Assembly (NCBI RefSeq): GCF_009914755.1
Contig: NC_060945.1
Length of the DNA: 64,000 bases
Direction: 5' to 3' (one strand)
Source of the DNA: the human T2T-CHM13v2.0 reference genome, Homo sapiens
Below the pieces are notes generated by a model. That model was not told the origin of the DNA, did not search any database, and saw nothing but the letters and a program-made list of their open reading frames with translations. This document shows, piece after piece, positions 38,448 to 51,055 of this stretch (its first letter is position 1; each line of letters begins with the position of its first letter). A program made the position numbers and the translations under genes.

Positions 38448-41400
38448 TGGGGCAGGCCGCCATCTTTCCTGTTCAGGCAACTTAGTCATTCCAGCCTGAG
38501 GGCTTTGGAGAGTATAAACCGACAAGGGGCAGAAGAGATCCCACAGCACAGCTAGCTGCTTTACCAAATCATGGTCAGAATGCTTCTGTAAGCAGGCCCC
38601 CGACCCTGTTGCACATCACTGTACAGGACCTCCCAAATGGGGCCTCCAGCTACCGCCACCAGCATTCCTTGGCCAATAGAAATTTGAAGTGTTCACGGGA
38701 CAGAGCTCCCAGAGAGAGGGGCAGGCCACCACCTTTGCTGTTTGGGTGACTAGCCGTTCTGGTTTGCGGGATTTGGAAAGCCCAAGGTGACAAGGGGTGG
38801 AAGAGGAACCTCAGCGCAGTACGGCCACACTACAAAAACGTGGCCAGACTCTTGTTTAAGTCAGTCCCTGACCACATTTCTAATCAGCAGGTGAAGCCTT
38901 TCAACCAGGGTCTCCAGCTGCCTTCACTGCTGTTCTCTGGCCGACAGAGGTTTCAGGCCTCCCTGAGTCAGAGCTCCCAGGGGGAGGACCAGACTGTTGT
39001 ATTTGCTGTTGGGGCAACTCAGCCATTTCAGCATTAGGGCTTCAGAGTGTCTGAGGCAACCAGGAGTGGAAGTGAACACCCGGCATAGCACAGCTGCTCT
39101 AGAAAAACGTGCCCAGACTTTTTTTTAAGTCAGTGCCTGTTTTTGTTCCTCCTGACTAGATAAGACTTCTCAACTTGTCTCCAGTCACATCTTATAGGTG
39201 TGTTCATACTGGCAACAAGTTCGTACCTCAGTGGCACAGAGCTCCCAGAGGAAGGGGCAGGCTATCATCTTCCCTGGAAAATACAAGGCAATTAGGGACT
39301 GGAGGGGACCCCCAGCATACCACAGCAGCCTGACAGAAAAGTGGCCAGACAGTCTACTTGATGGGCAGGTCCTACTGACCTGGGTCTCCAGCCAGTTCAC
39401 CATCAGAGCTATCCAGCCAGTAGCAACTCAGCAATTCCCTGGACAGAGCTTCCAGGAGCAAACGAAATTCTCCCTGCCATTGCCTCTGCAGTGAAACTGC
39501 CCTTTCTACCCTCAGAATATCAAGGGAGCAAAGACCCTAAGTGCCATATTGACACCTCCAATAAGCTGCGGTTGACCCAATGAACAAGCCAGTCCATCTC
39601 CCACGGGTACCACACACCCCCCACTGCTCATCACCAGAGAGGGAACACTGGCTTGGCCTCACAAAACAGACCCTCCATCCTGGGCTGATTACGCTAAGTG
39701 ATTGCTAACTCACATCTCTATGGGATGGAGCACCCAGGAGACAAGCAGAGTGGTGGAGCAGCAAGTCAGGTGATGTGGAGCCCAGAGGGCAGGGACAGCT
39801 ATCTCTCTAGGCTCCACGTGCCCTTGTGAGATACTTTATCCCAGCACTTTAGGAATGCTAAGTTCAGATCAGCCCCATCTCATGTTCAAGATTGCCCAGC
39901 AGAGATCAGGTCCCAGAGTTCCCCTCTTCAAAAAGGGGACTTGCTTAAAACAGAAGCCTGGCCATGTTTGTGTAAAGCAGCTATGCTGTGCCGGGGGTTC
40001 ACTTTTGAGAGAGTTGTCCTCTGAGACCTGATCTCTGCTGGGCAGTCTTGCACATGAGATGGGGCTGGTCTGATATCAGCACTCCTTAGTCTGCTTGCCT
40101 CTCCCAGGACCCCAGCCTGGCCACACCTGCAAACAGGGCACTCTCGGATGCCCACAGCATAGCTTCCGTGCTAGTGGACTGTACCTGATCAGTGGAGAGC
40201 TGCAGCAAGGTGGCCCCAACAGCCACGCACCAGCCTGCACATTACCTCTCCATACTGCAGCCCTTTATATGGAAACTTCCTACATCACTTTGCTGTGTGT
40301 GTTTCCACATGTGGGTTTTGCTGTACTTGCCCTGACAGCACAGGGGAGTGCAGGACACACCCCAACCCACACCAACTGCCATTGAAGACAGAGCCTTGGT
40401 GGGCACAGAACCAAGAACCCCACCCCTGCCAGCACCTAACCCTTGAGCTAATGCTGTGCAGAGAAAAAGGGACCTTCTTATACCCTGAGTGACCACGGTT
40501 GCTTTGAGGGGCACAGAGAAGGCACCATGGCCTGCACTGGCCAGCAGCCCACCCTGAACCAACACTACCTCCAGTGCAACACACACACAGCAGGGGACCC
40601 CTGACCCACACCCCAGCTGTCTTGCCTCCACCACTGGGTGAACGCCCGCAGGGAGGCAGGGAATTTTGCATCCACTAGCATTCTGCCACAGTTGACACAC
40701 TTTGGTCCCCTCAGTGCAGTGGACTCCAAACCTCCAAGAGCCAGAGAACAAAGTTGGGGCCCAAGACAAGTTCCCCAGAGTTAAAGCACACAGTCCAGGA
40801 ATTGGGAGCTGCACATTGGCCCCCCTAAAATCCTCCAAAAACAAAGCCAGTTGGTTGAATCCACCTTATCCCACAATGAAACCCTCAAGATCATCAAATA
40901 CAATAAAAGAAAAATACCCTGTCCGAAGGTCAGCAACCTCAAAGATGGAAAGTGGATAAGCCCATAAAGATGAGAAAGAATCTGTGCGAGAACACTGAAA
41001 ACTCAAAAAGTCAGCATGCCTTCTTTCCTCCAAATGACTGTATCAACTCTCCAGCAAGTGTTCAGAACTGGGCTGAGGCTGAGATGTCTGGAATGATACA
41101 AGCAGGGTTCAGGATATGCGTAGGAACAAAGTTCACTGAGTGAAAGAAGTATGTTGTCATGCAATACAAGTGAGCTAAAAATCATTGTAAAACATTGTAG
41201 GAGCTAACAGACAAAATAGCAAGTATAAAGAAGACATAACCGACCTAATAGAGCTGAAAAGCACACTACAAGAATTTTCATAATGTAGTCACATAGTGAT
41301 TATGTGTGATTGCATTATGAAAATTATTGTAGTGTGTGTGGGCACCCGAGATTTCCCTGTAAGCAGGTGTGGCCAGGCTGGGGTCCTGGGAGAGGCAAGC

Positions 41401-42570
41401 AGACTAAGGAGGGCTGAGGTCACACCAGCTCCATCTCATGTGCAAGACCACCCAGCAGAATAGACCAAGCAGAGGAAAGAATCCCAGAGCTTGAAAACTG
41501 GCTTTCTGAAATAAAACAGGCAGACAAGAATGGGGGAAAAAAGAAGGAAAATGAATGAACAAAACATCCAAGAAATATGAGATTATATAAACAACCAAAT
41601 CTATGACTGATTAGTGTACGTGAAAGAGATGAGGAGAATGGAACCAACTTGGAAAACATACTTCAGAATATCATTCATGAGAATATCCCCAACCTATCCA
41701 GACAGGCCAACATTCCAACTCAGGAAATCCAGAGAACCTCAGTAAGATAAGCCACGAGAAGATCATCCCCAAGACATATAATCATCAGATTCTCCAAGGT
41801 CAAAATGAAAGAAACAATGTTAAAGGCAGCCAGGGAGAAAGGCAACGTCACCTGCAAAAGGAATTCCATCAGACTTAGCAGACTTCTCAGCTGAAACCCT
41901 ACAAGCCAGAAAAGATATTCAACTTCTTAAAGAAAAGAAATTTCACGTAGTATGGCAGAGACAGATATACCATATAATAACATGGTGTTATTATAAATGG
42001 TTAAAAGAAAAAGAAATTTCAACCCAGAATTTCATGTCCAGCAAAATTAAGCATCATAAGTGAAGGAGAAACAAGATCCTTTTCAGACAAGCAAATGCTG
42101 AGAGAATTCATTATCACCAGATCTACCTTACAAGAGCTCCTGAATTAAGCACTAAATATGGAAAGAAAAGACCATCACCAGCCACTACAAAAATGCACCG
42201 AAGTACACAGACTAGTAATGCTAAAAACCAACCACATACACAAGTCTGCAAAATAACTAGCTGACAGCATGACGACAGGATCTAATCCACACATACCATT
42301 ACTAACCTTAAATGGAAATGGGCTAAATGCTCCGATTGAAAGACACAGGGGGGCAAGCTGGATAAAGAACCAAGACCCATTTGAGTATGCCGTCTCCAAG
42401 AAACCCATCTCACATTCAGTATCATACATAGGCTCAAAATGAAGGAATGGTGAAAAATCTTTCAAGCCAATGGAAAACAGAAGAAATCAGGTGTTACACT
42501 CCCAGTTTCGACAAAACGTATATACCAATAAAGATAAAAAAAGACAGAGAAGGACATTACAAAGGTGGTC
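38448..42570 (+). mobile_element. Old L1PA 5' half: repetitive 5'UTR, decayed ORF1 (ATG ~40970) and start of ORF2 (~42269)
   Basis: 5'UTR repeats ggggcaggccgccatctttgctgtttgggc; ORF1 MRKNLCENTENSKSQ; ORF2 atgacgacaggatctaatccacacatacc...aatgggctaaatgc. Confidence 0.88.
41262..41337 (-). ncRNA. MIR3118: MIR3118-like pre-miRNA hairpin within L1 ORF1
   Basis: Near-perfect hairpin cacactacaagaattttcataatgtagtcaca-loop-tgtgattgcattatgaaaattattgtagtgtg; minus-strand 41293-41271 reads UGUGACUACAUUAUGAAAAUUCU, one base from recalled miR-3118 (UGUGACUGCAUUAUGAAAAUUCU). Confidence 0.78.
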
Positions 42571-42574
42571 CTGA

Positions 42575-43555
42575 CCTTTGATAAATCTCGTTATTGATTG
42601 ATACCAACCTGGGCTATCTTTATTGCCCAAACCAACAGGATAATTTGCTGAGGTTGTGGAGCTTCTCCCCTGCAAAGAGTCCCTGATCTCCCAAAATCTG
42701 GTTGAGATCTAAGTTTGATTTTTCTGTACAACTCCTTTTCTGAAGTTTTACTCATTTCCAACAAGGAAGGCAAGTTTTCCTGCTTCTGTGGTGATGGAGA
42801 GCAGGCACCTCCTTTCCTGAGTTTCAGCTTGCCTCTGACAGGGAAGGTGAGTGTAAGTTGTTTCCAGCTTCTAAGATGGCAGAGAACGATCCCCAGCCTG
42901 AGCCTTGTTTCCAGGTAAGTAGGTGAATTAGAGTTTTGTCTTAAAATTTTTCCTTAATGACTAAAATTTAAGATTACTCACCAGCTGCTTTTAATTTCTG
43001 CTTTTAGTTTCTCCTTACCATTAGAACACTCAGTAATCATATGAATTGTGCATTTGTTGTTTTGCTTAACTCTTTTTGTTTGTTTATGCTTGGGGCTTTA
43101 TTGTTGTTGTTTCACTTTTCTCCCGTCTCTTCCTGACTTGGTCAAATCCAAAGGAATTTTCCAAATTGTGGGCAGCAAGGCCTCTGAATTGGCTAAAACT
43201 CCTATGGCTGCAAACAAACAAACAAACAAATAAACAACAACAAAAAACATTCCAGTTAGCAGAAATTATTTTTTAAAACTTTTTTTTTTACATAAGTGGT
43301 CTCATCTACATAACAAGGCCACCCTTTTGCTAGCCAAGGCTAAACTGAAGGAGTAGTGGTGGTGACCCAATGTGAAGATTCTGCCCTGTTCACTACAGAA
43401 ACCTGAGTTTGGTTCCTAAGTCTAGTTCTTTCTGTTTGATATTTGTGTTACTTTTAAAGCGTCAGCAGTTTGTCCCAGCTATGATGTGGTAATAAAAGAT
43501 TCAAAAGGATTTTCTTTACAAGTTCTATGATTAAAAGCTTAATTAAAAGCAAATT
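42575..43555 (+). mobile_element. ERV1-class (MER4-group-like) LTR end/internal fragment
   Basis: Non-L1 sequence with ERV-internal-like motifs (caaggaaggcaagttttcctgcttc, ggctaaaactcctatggctgc, ttttgctagccaaggctaaactgaaggag); subfamily uncertain. Confidence 0.5.
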
Positions 43556-45170
43556 TCTTTTTTTTTAGTTATACTTTAAGTTCTGGGGTACTTGTGCAGA
43601 ACATGCAGGTTTGTTACATAGGTATACACATGCCATGGTGGCTTGCTGCATCCATCAACCCATGATCTACATTAGTTATTTCTCCTAATGCCATCCCTCT
43701 CCTAGCCCCCCACCCTGACAGACCCTGGTGTGTGATGTTCCCCTTCCTGTGTCCATGTGTTCCCATTGTTCAACTCCCAGTTATGAGTGAGAACATGTGG
43801 TGTTTGGTTTTCTGTTCTTCTGTTAGTTAGCTGAAAATGATGGTTTCCAGCTTCATTCATGTCCCAGCAAATGACGTGAATTCATCCCTTTTTATGGCTG
43901 CATGGTATTTCGTGGTGTATATATGCCACATTTTCTTTATCCAGTCTATCATTGGTGGGCATTTGGGTTGGTTTCAAGTCGTTGCTGTTGTGAACAGTGC
44001 CGCAATAAACAGACAGGTGCATGTGTCTTTATATTAGAATGATTTATAATTTTGGGGGTATATACCCAGTAATGGGATTGCTGGGTCAAATGATATTTCT
44101 GATTGTACATCCTTGAGGAATTGTCACACTGTCTTCCACAACGGTTGAAGTAATTTATATTCCCACCAACTGTGTAAAAGCTTTCCTATTTCTCCACATC
44201 CTCTCTAGCATCTGTTCTTTCCTGATTTTTTAACGATGACCATTCTAAGTGGTGTGAGATTGTATCTCATTGTGGTTTTGATTTCCATTTCTCTAATGAC
44301 CAGTGATGACGCGCTTTGCTTCACATGTTCGTTGGCTGTATAAATGTCTTCTTTGGTAAGTGTCTGTTCGTACCCTTTGCTCCCTTTTTGATGTTTTTTT
44401 TTTTTTTCTTGTAAATTTGTTCTTTGTAGATTCTGCATATTAGCCCTTTGTCAGATGGATAGATTGCAACAATGTTCTCCCATTCTGTGGTTTGCCTGTT
44501 CACTCTGATAATAGTTTCTTTTGCGCTGTAGATACTCTTAAGTTTAGTTAGATCCCATTTGTAAATTTTGGTTTTTGTAGCCATTGCTTTTGGTGTTCTA
44601 GTGATGAAGACTCTGCCCATGGCTATGTCCTGAATGGTATTGCCTAACACAAGGACATTTCTGTGCCTGAGTGCTATACCACCCAAAGTAATTTATAGAC
44701 TCATTGCTGTCCCCATCAAGCTACCATTACTTTCTTCACAGAATTAGAAAAACTACTTTAAATTTCATATGGAACCAAAAAAGTGCCCACATAGCCAAGA
44801 AAATCCTAAGCAAAAACAGCAAAGCTAGAGGCATCACAGTACCTGACTTCAAATTATTCTACAAGGCTACAGTAACCAAAACAGCATGGGGCTGGTACCA
44901 AATCAGATCTATAGACCAATGGAACAGAACAGAGGCCTCAGAAATGACACCACACATCTAAAAGCATCTGATCTTTGACAAACCTGACAAAAACAAGCAA
45001 TGGGAAAGGATACCCTATTTAATAAATAGTGTTGGGAAAACTGGCTAGCCAAATGCAGAAAACTGAAACTGGGCCACACTCATACACCTTAAACAAAAAT
45101 TAAGTAAGATGGATGAAAGAGTTAGAAGTAAGACCTAAAACCATAAAAAATCTAGAAGAATACCTAGGCC
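43556..45170 (-). mobile_element. 5'-inverted L1PA (twin-priming structure)
   Basis: Antisense 3' end 43556-44647, then sense ORF2 segment ~44676-45170 ending ...agaatacctaggc, which abuts in L1 coordinates the taggcaataccattc start of the antisense part. Confidence 0.88.
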
Positions 45171-45224
45171 ACCAACCTCAGGGGAAATGACCTGTAGTGA
45201 AATGCATGGTACAAACATGCATTC

Positions 45225-47840
45225 CCTGCTTCCTTGAGTGGGCAACGTTGATGGCTAGTCCAACCACTTCAGGCACACCCTTGCAAACACGGCTGGTTGC
45301 TTTTTGAGCCAGCTTGGCCTTGCCCGGCATACACAAGCCTCAATGCAACAACTGTGCTAAAAATGGAGCCACACAGAGGAAATGAGCAGCAAGCTCAGAA
45401 GCAGGGTGTGCACTGCCTTTGGGGCTCCAGTCCATGCCTCAGGGCTTGTATGGGACTGCAGGATTCTTGGTTGCCAAGAGGTAGACCATAGACCAGCCGA
45501 GGAGGACTTTATGTTCAAGGGCAGAAAGCAGCCAGGTTTACCACCCAGGGGACTCGGCCTTCTGTGGCCCCGGTCAGACTTAGAATTTGGCTCAAAGCAG
45601 GACCAGCTCACTCGGAGTAGTGTGTCAGTAGCTGGGGCCTGTACATGCTAGGCAAGGCTAAGCTGGCTCAAAGAGCAACCAGCTACCACTGCAAGGGTGC
45701 TTCTGGAGGAGGTGGAGCAGCCAGCAACCTCAGCTACACAAGGAAGCAGGGATGGCCAGGTTCTCACAGCATGAGTGGCCACCGCCTGATGGCTGATCAA
45801 GCAGAGGCCTGAGGAAAAGCAGATGGCAGTTGGGCCCTACCTCTAGGGTAGAAGAACTGATGTACTCTGACCGGTAGTGAGTGAGGTTGGTGGTGGGTCC
45901 ACCGGCTCCTGGCACACCCTTGCAGAGGAGGCTGTTTGCTCTTTAAGGCAGCTTGGCCTTGCCTGGCATGCACAGGCCCCAGGTACTGACACGCTGCTCC
46001 CAGTGAACTTGTTCTGCCTTGGACGAAATTCTAAGTGGCTTGGAGTTTGCCCAGCATGCACAAGCCTCAGTGTAATAACTGTGCAACAAACGGAGCCACA
46101 TAGACGAAACAAGCAGCAGGCTCAGAAGCAGGGTGTGCCCTGCCTTTGGGGCTCCAGTCAATGCCTCAGGGTTCCTATGGCACTGCGGATTTCTTGGTTG
46201 CCTAGCTGCAGACCACAGGCTGTCTTGAAGAGGACTTTATGTTCAAGTGCAGAAAGTAGTCAGGATTACCATCCAGGGGACTCTGCCTTCTGTGGTCCTC
46301 TCCAGACTTAGAATTTGGCCCAAGGCAGGACAAGCTGACTCGGAGAAGAGTGTCAGTACCTGGGGCCTATGCATGCCAGGCAAGGCCAAGCTGGCTCAGA
46401 GCAACCAACCACCTCTGCAAGGCTGTGCCTGTAGCAGGCAGACAAGCCAGCAACCTCACCCACTCAAGGAAGCCCGGATGGCGAGGTTCCAACAGCATGA
46501 GTAGCTGCCACCTGATGCCTGATGGAGCAGAGGCCTGAGGAAAAGCAGGTGGCATATTTAACTCTTTCATCAATCTTAAGTTAATTTTTGTATAAAGCAG
46601 ATGGCACTAGTCCATGCCTCATGGCTCATTATGGCACTGCGGGCCACAGAAGGGCAAGTACCCAGGGTGGTAATCTTGCCTGCTTTCTGCACTTGAACAT
46701 AAAGTGCTCCTCAAGATGGCCTGTGGTCTGCCTCTTGGCCCCACCTTTAGGGTAGAAGAACTGATGTACCACGTCTGGCAGTGAGTGAGATTGGCGGCTG
46801 GTCCATCTGCTCCTGGCACATCCTTGCAGAGGTGGCTGCTTGCTCTTTGAGCCAGCTTGGCCTTGCCTGGCATGCACAAGCCTCACTGCAACAAGTGTGC
46901 TACAAATGGAGCCATATAGAGGAAATGATCAGCAGGCTCAGGAATGGGGCGTGCACTGCCTTTGTGGCTCCAGTCCATGCCTCAGGGCTCGTATGGCACT
47001 GTAAGCTTCTTGGTCGCCAAGAGGCAGAACACAGGCTGTCTTGAGGAGGACTTTATGTTCAAGTGCAGAAAGCAGCCAAGATTAGCACCCAGGGGACTGG
47101 GCCTTCTGTGGCCCTGGTCAGACTTAGAATTTGACCCAAGGCAGGACAAGCTGACTCGGAGCAGAGTGTCAGTACCTGGGGCCTATGCATGCCAGGCAAA
47201 GCCAAGCTGGCTCAGAGCAACTAGCCACATCTGCAAGGCTGTGCCTGTAGTAGGCGGACAAGCCAGCAACCTCAGCTACTCAAGGAAGGAGGGATGGCCA
47301 GGTTCCCACAGCCTGAGTGGTTGCCGCCTGATGACTGACAGAGCAGAGGCCTGAGGAAAAGCATATGGCACTGGGGCCCTACCTCTAGGGTAGAATAACT
47401 GATGTAACCTGACCAGCAGTGAGTGAGGTTGGTGGCCGGTCCACCGGCTCCTGGCACAAACTTGCAGAGGTGGCTGATTGCTTTTTGAGCCAGCTTGGCC
47501 TTGCCCAGCATGCACAAGTCTGTGCAACAACTGTGACACAAATGGAGCCACACAGAGAAAATGAGCAGCAGGCTCAGGAGCAGGGTGTGTGCTTCCTCGG
47601 TGTCTCCAGTCCATGCCTGAGGATTCATATGGCACTGCGGGCTTCTTGGTTGCAAAGAGGTAGACCACAGGCCATCTTCAGGAGGTCTTTATGTGGAAGT
47701 GCAGAAAGCAGCCAGGATTACCACCCGTGGGACTCGGCCTGACAGAATTTGGTCCAAAGCAGGACAGGCTCACTCAGAGCAACATGTCGGTACCTGGAGC
47801 CTGTGCATGCTAGGCAAGGCCAAGCTGGCTCAAAGAGCAC
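45225..47840 (+). repeat. Tandem array (~4 copies, 640-820 bp) of a hairpin-containing unit that includes the SNX18 PX-domain segment
   Basis: Unit start agcagccaggattaccacccagggga at ~45527, 46255, 47071, 47707; each carries caggccgtcttgaggaggactttatgttcaagtgcagaaag (cf. SNX18 GRFEEDFISKRRK) and 100-160-bp inverted arms. Confidence 0.88.
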
Positions 47841-47844
47841 CCAG

Positions 47845-49000
47845 AGCATCCATTCTGGTGGATGAGCCAACCACATGGCCAGCTTCTGGGTGTGGGCACA
47901 GTGCCACATCTTCCATCACTTTCTGATATATCCCACCACCACTGAAGAGACAGCCTGGAGAGAGTGCAAGAGGAAGGCTGAGAAGGATGAGATAGTGAGT
48001 GCTGGCTTCTTTCTGACCCTCAGCACACCCCCAGGTGGTGACCATCAACCTTTAGGGGTGGGAGAGCAAGACTGATGGCTTCAAATGGTTCCCCAAGAAG
48101 ATGGACACAGGCCACTCAGTTCAACCTCACAGCCAATGAGTTGACAAGCAAGCAGATGACAGTGACAGGCTTTTAGAAAGAGCATCAGAAGGTGGCCAGT
48201 TTTTCTTCAGCCTCAGCCAGGCCTTGGAACTTGACTAGGCCATCCACTTCACCAGAGATGCCTTCAAGAACATCAGTAAGCTCCTTGCCAGTCAGTCCAG
48301 GAAGGACCTGGACCCAGCCATGGACCTGTTAGTGCTGTCTCAGGGACACAAGACAAACATCCTGGACATCATCCACATACACAAGGAAGCTCTTACCAAA
48401 GTCACGGAGAACAGACAACATGTGGCAGAAGGGAAGACAGAGGTGCAGAGGCTGATGGCGTCATTATCACAGGAACAGGATTTCTTTGGCCACTTTGGCT
48501 GAAATTCACCACTTCCATCCAATTCACTCAAGTGAGAGACTTGAAATCACAGATGGAGCATTTCTTGCAACAAGAGATACTATTTTTTCAAAAAGTCACC
48601 TAAAATTTGATAGTGTTGAATGACTAGCTATTCGAGTGTGGACTTTTTCCTGTTCACGGGTACTTTCTACAGCAGAATGATAACAGTATCAAACAGCTGG
48701 TGCCAGCTATCGGTGGTAGTACAAGGATGACTTTGTGCTCAACTGAAACCCAGCTGAATATAGAATTGTGTAGGAAAGTGTTAATATGGTGATAGAATAG
48801 AAACAGTAACAAATGAACTAAATCATACTATGAATGCCTACACTACCATTATAACTTTTTGAAGAATGATAATACCACTTACTTTATTGCCTTTTGAAGT
48901 AGGAATATTTTAGTGGATATCCTATAGACCTGAAACCCTATAAAGAATCCCAAAGAAGCTGGCTGGATAAAGCCTGCTATGGATGTCTTTATACTCAAAG
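47845..49000 (+). pseudogene. SNX18P: SNX18 processed pseudogene, copy 2
   Basis: [66 protein letters not shown]; paralogous to 19580-20605. Confidence 0.9.
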
Positions 49001-49002
49001 AC

Positions 49003-50155
49003 TGATGAGGCAATTCGAATATGTATCCCCACCAAATCTCATGTTGAGTTATGCTTCCTAATGTTGGAGGTGGATCCTGGTATAAGGTGACTGAATCATG
49101 AAGGCAAATTTCTCATGAGTGGTTCAGCACCATCCCCTTGGTACTGTCCTCACAATCATGAGTGACTTCTCGTGAGATCTGGCCACTGAAAACTCTATAT
49201 CACTCTGTACTCTCCGTGATTTCCTCTTGCCATGTGAGACAATTCACTCTTTCATTACCTTGCACAATGATTGAAAGATTTCTGAGCCCCCCCAGAAGCA
49301 GAAGCACTAAGCTTCCTGTCCACTCTGCAGAACCATGAGCCAATTAAACCTCTTTTTCAAAATAAATCTTACCAAAAATGGCAAATGAGGACTGGAGCAT
49401 TGCTATAAAGATACCTGAAAATGTGGAAGCAACTTCGGAACTGGGTAATGGGTAGAGGTTGGAAGAGTTTGGAGGGCTCCAAAGAAGACAGACAGATGAG
49501 AACATTTTTGGATCATCTTAGAGACTGGTTAAATGGCTGTGACAAGAATGCTGACAAAAACATGGACAGTGAAGGCCAGGCTGAGGGGGCCTCAGATAAA
49601 AATAAGAAGCTTTCTGGAAAATGTCTCTCTTTTGGATATGGAAAGCTTACACAATGCCTGTACCATCATTGTACCTTAGACGCAGTGAACTTGCTTTTTA
49701 TTTCAGAGACTTGTAGGCAAAAGAGAATGTAGCCTTGACCCAGATGAGACTTTGCGCTTTGTAACTTTGAGTTAATGCTGAAATGAGTTAAGACTTTGGG
49801 AGACTGCTGGCAAGGCATGACTGTATCTTGCAATGTGAGAAGGACATGAGATTTGTGGGGTCAGGGACAGAATAATACGGTTTTTCTCTATGCCCCTTCC
49901 AAAACTCCTGTGAAAGTACACTCCCTAATGTTAGAGTCGGGGCCTAGGTGGAAAAAGCTTTAATCATAAAGGTGTGGGAGTGGATCCTTCACAAATGGCA
50001 AAGCACCAAGCCCTTAATGCCATCCTCCTGATAGTGAGTGAGTTCTCATGAGATCTAGTAGTTTAAAAGGCTGTGGAACCTCTTTCCTCTCTCTGTCTTG
50101 TTCCAACTTCTGCCATATGAAACATGTCATTGCCCCTTGGATTTCCGGTGTGGTT
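49003..50155 (+). mobile_element. MST-type MaLR LTR-internal-LTR remnant (unexpanded counterpart of the 20.6-35.5 kb array)
   Basis: Collinear with 20608-21720; ends in the same junction ...ggttaggaggggcctgatcagtgtgggcc as at ~35525. Confidence 0.87.
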
Positions 50156-50159
50156 AGGA

Positions 50160-51055
50160 GGGGCCTGATCAGTGTGGGCCTGGTCAGTGGACCTAGGTCA
50201 GTGAGGACTATTTAGTGGGATCGTGGTCAACAGGGGTCTGCTTAGAGAGGGTCTCATTAGTGGGGTCTAGTAGTGGGGGTTTTGGTGAGTGGGGACCTAT
50301 TGGCTGCCAGTTGTTTGGTGTCTGGTCAGTGCAAACCTGGGCTGTGGGGCTTGATCAGTGGAGACCTGGTCAGCTGGGGCTTAGTGCTGACCTGGTCAGC
50401 ATGGGCTGGGGCACTGGTGACCAGGTCAAGGGGTGCTATTCAGTGGAGGACTGGGCACATGAGACTTAGTCAGCAGACCCTGGTGGGCGTGTCCTCATCA
50501 GTGAGGCCCTTGTCAGTGGGGCCCTGGTCAGGGCAGCCTTGTCGGTGGGACCTAATCTGTATTGTCCTGGTCAGAGAGGACTTGGTCAGTGGTGACTTTT
50601 GTAGCACCGGTCTACAGGGTGACCTGGTCAGCGGGGATCTCAGCATTTGGTGCCGGTTCAGTGAGGTCTACTCACTAGGGTCCCAGTCAGGGGCATCTGG
50701 TGACATAAGGCCTCGTTATTAGGGGCCTGATCAGTGGCAACCTGTTCCCTGGAGGCCTGGTCAGTGGGGCCTCATCTTTGGGGCCAGGGAATGAGGTCAT
50801 GATCAGTGGAACCTGATCAGTGAGGCCTTGTCAATAATGACCTAGTCAGTGAGGACTTGTCAGTAAGGACATAGTCCGTGAGGCCTTGTCAGTGAGTCCT
50901 TGTCAGTAAGGTCCTGGTCAGTGGAGTCCTTGTCATTGTGTGCCCGGCAGTGGGGGCCTTGTTAGTGGGGCCTGGTCATGAGGGTCTAATCAGTGAGGGT
51001 GTCATCAGGGAGGACCTGATGTGTGGGGTCTGGTCAGCAGGGACCTGGTCAATGT
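50160..51055 (+). repeat. Degenerate GGTCAGT minisatellite, copy 3
   Basis: Collinear paralog of 35530-36310. Confidence 0.82.

Noticed and set aside
40242-40844. 200-aa minus-strand ORF
   Set aside because: Antisense to GC-rich L1 5'UTR; no recognisable domain.
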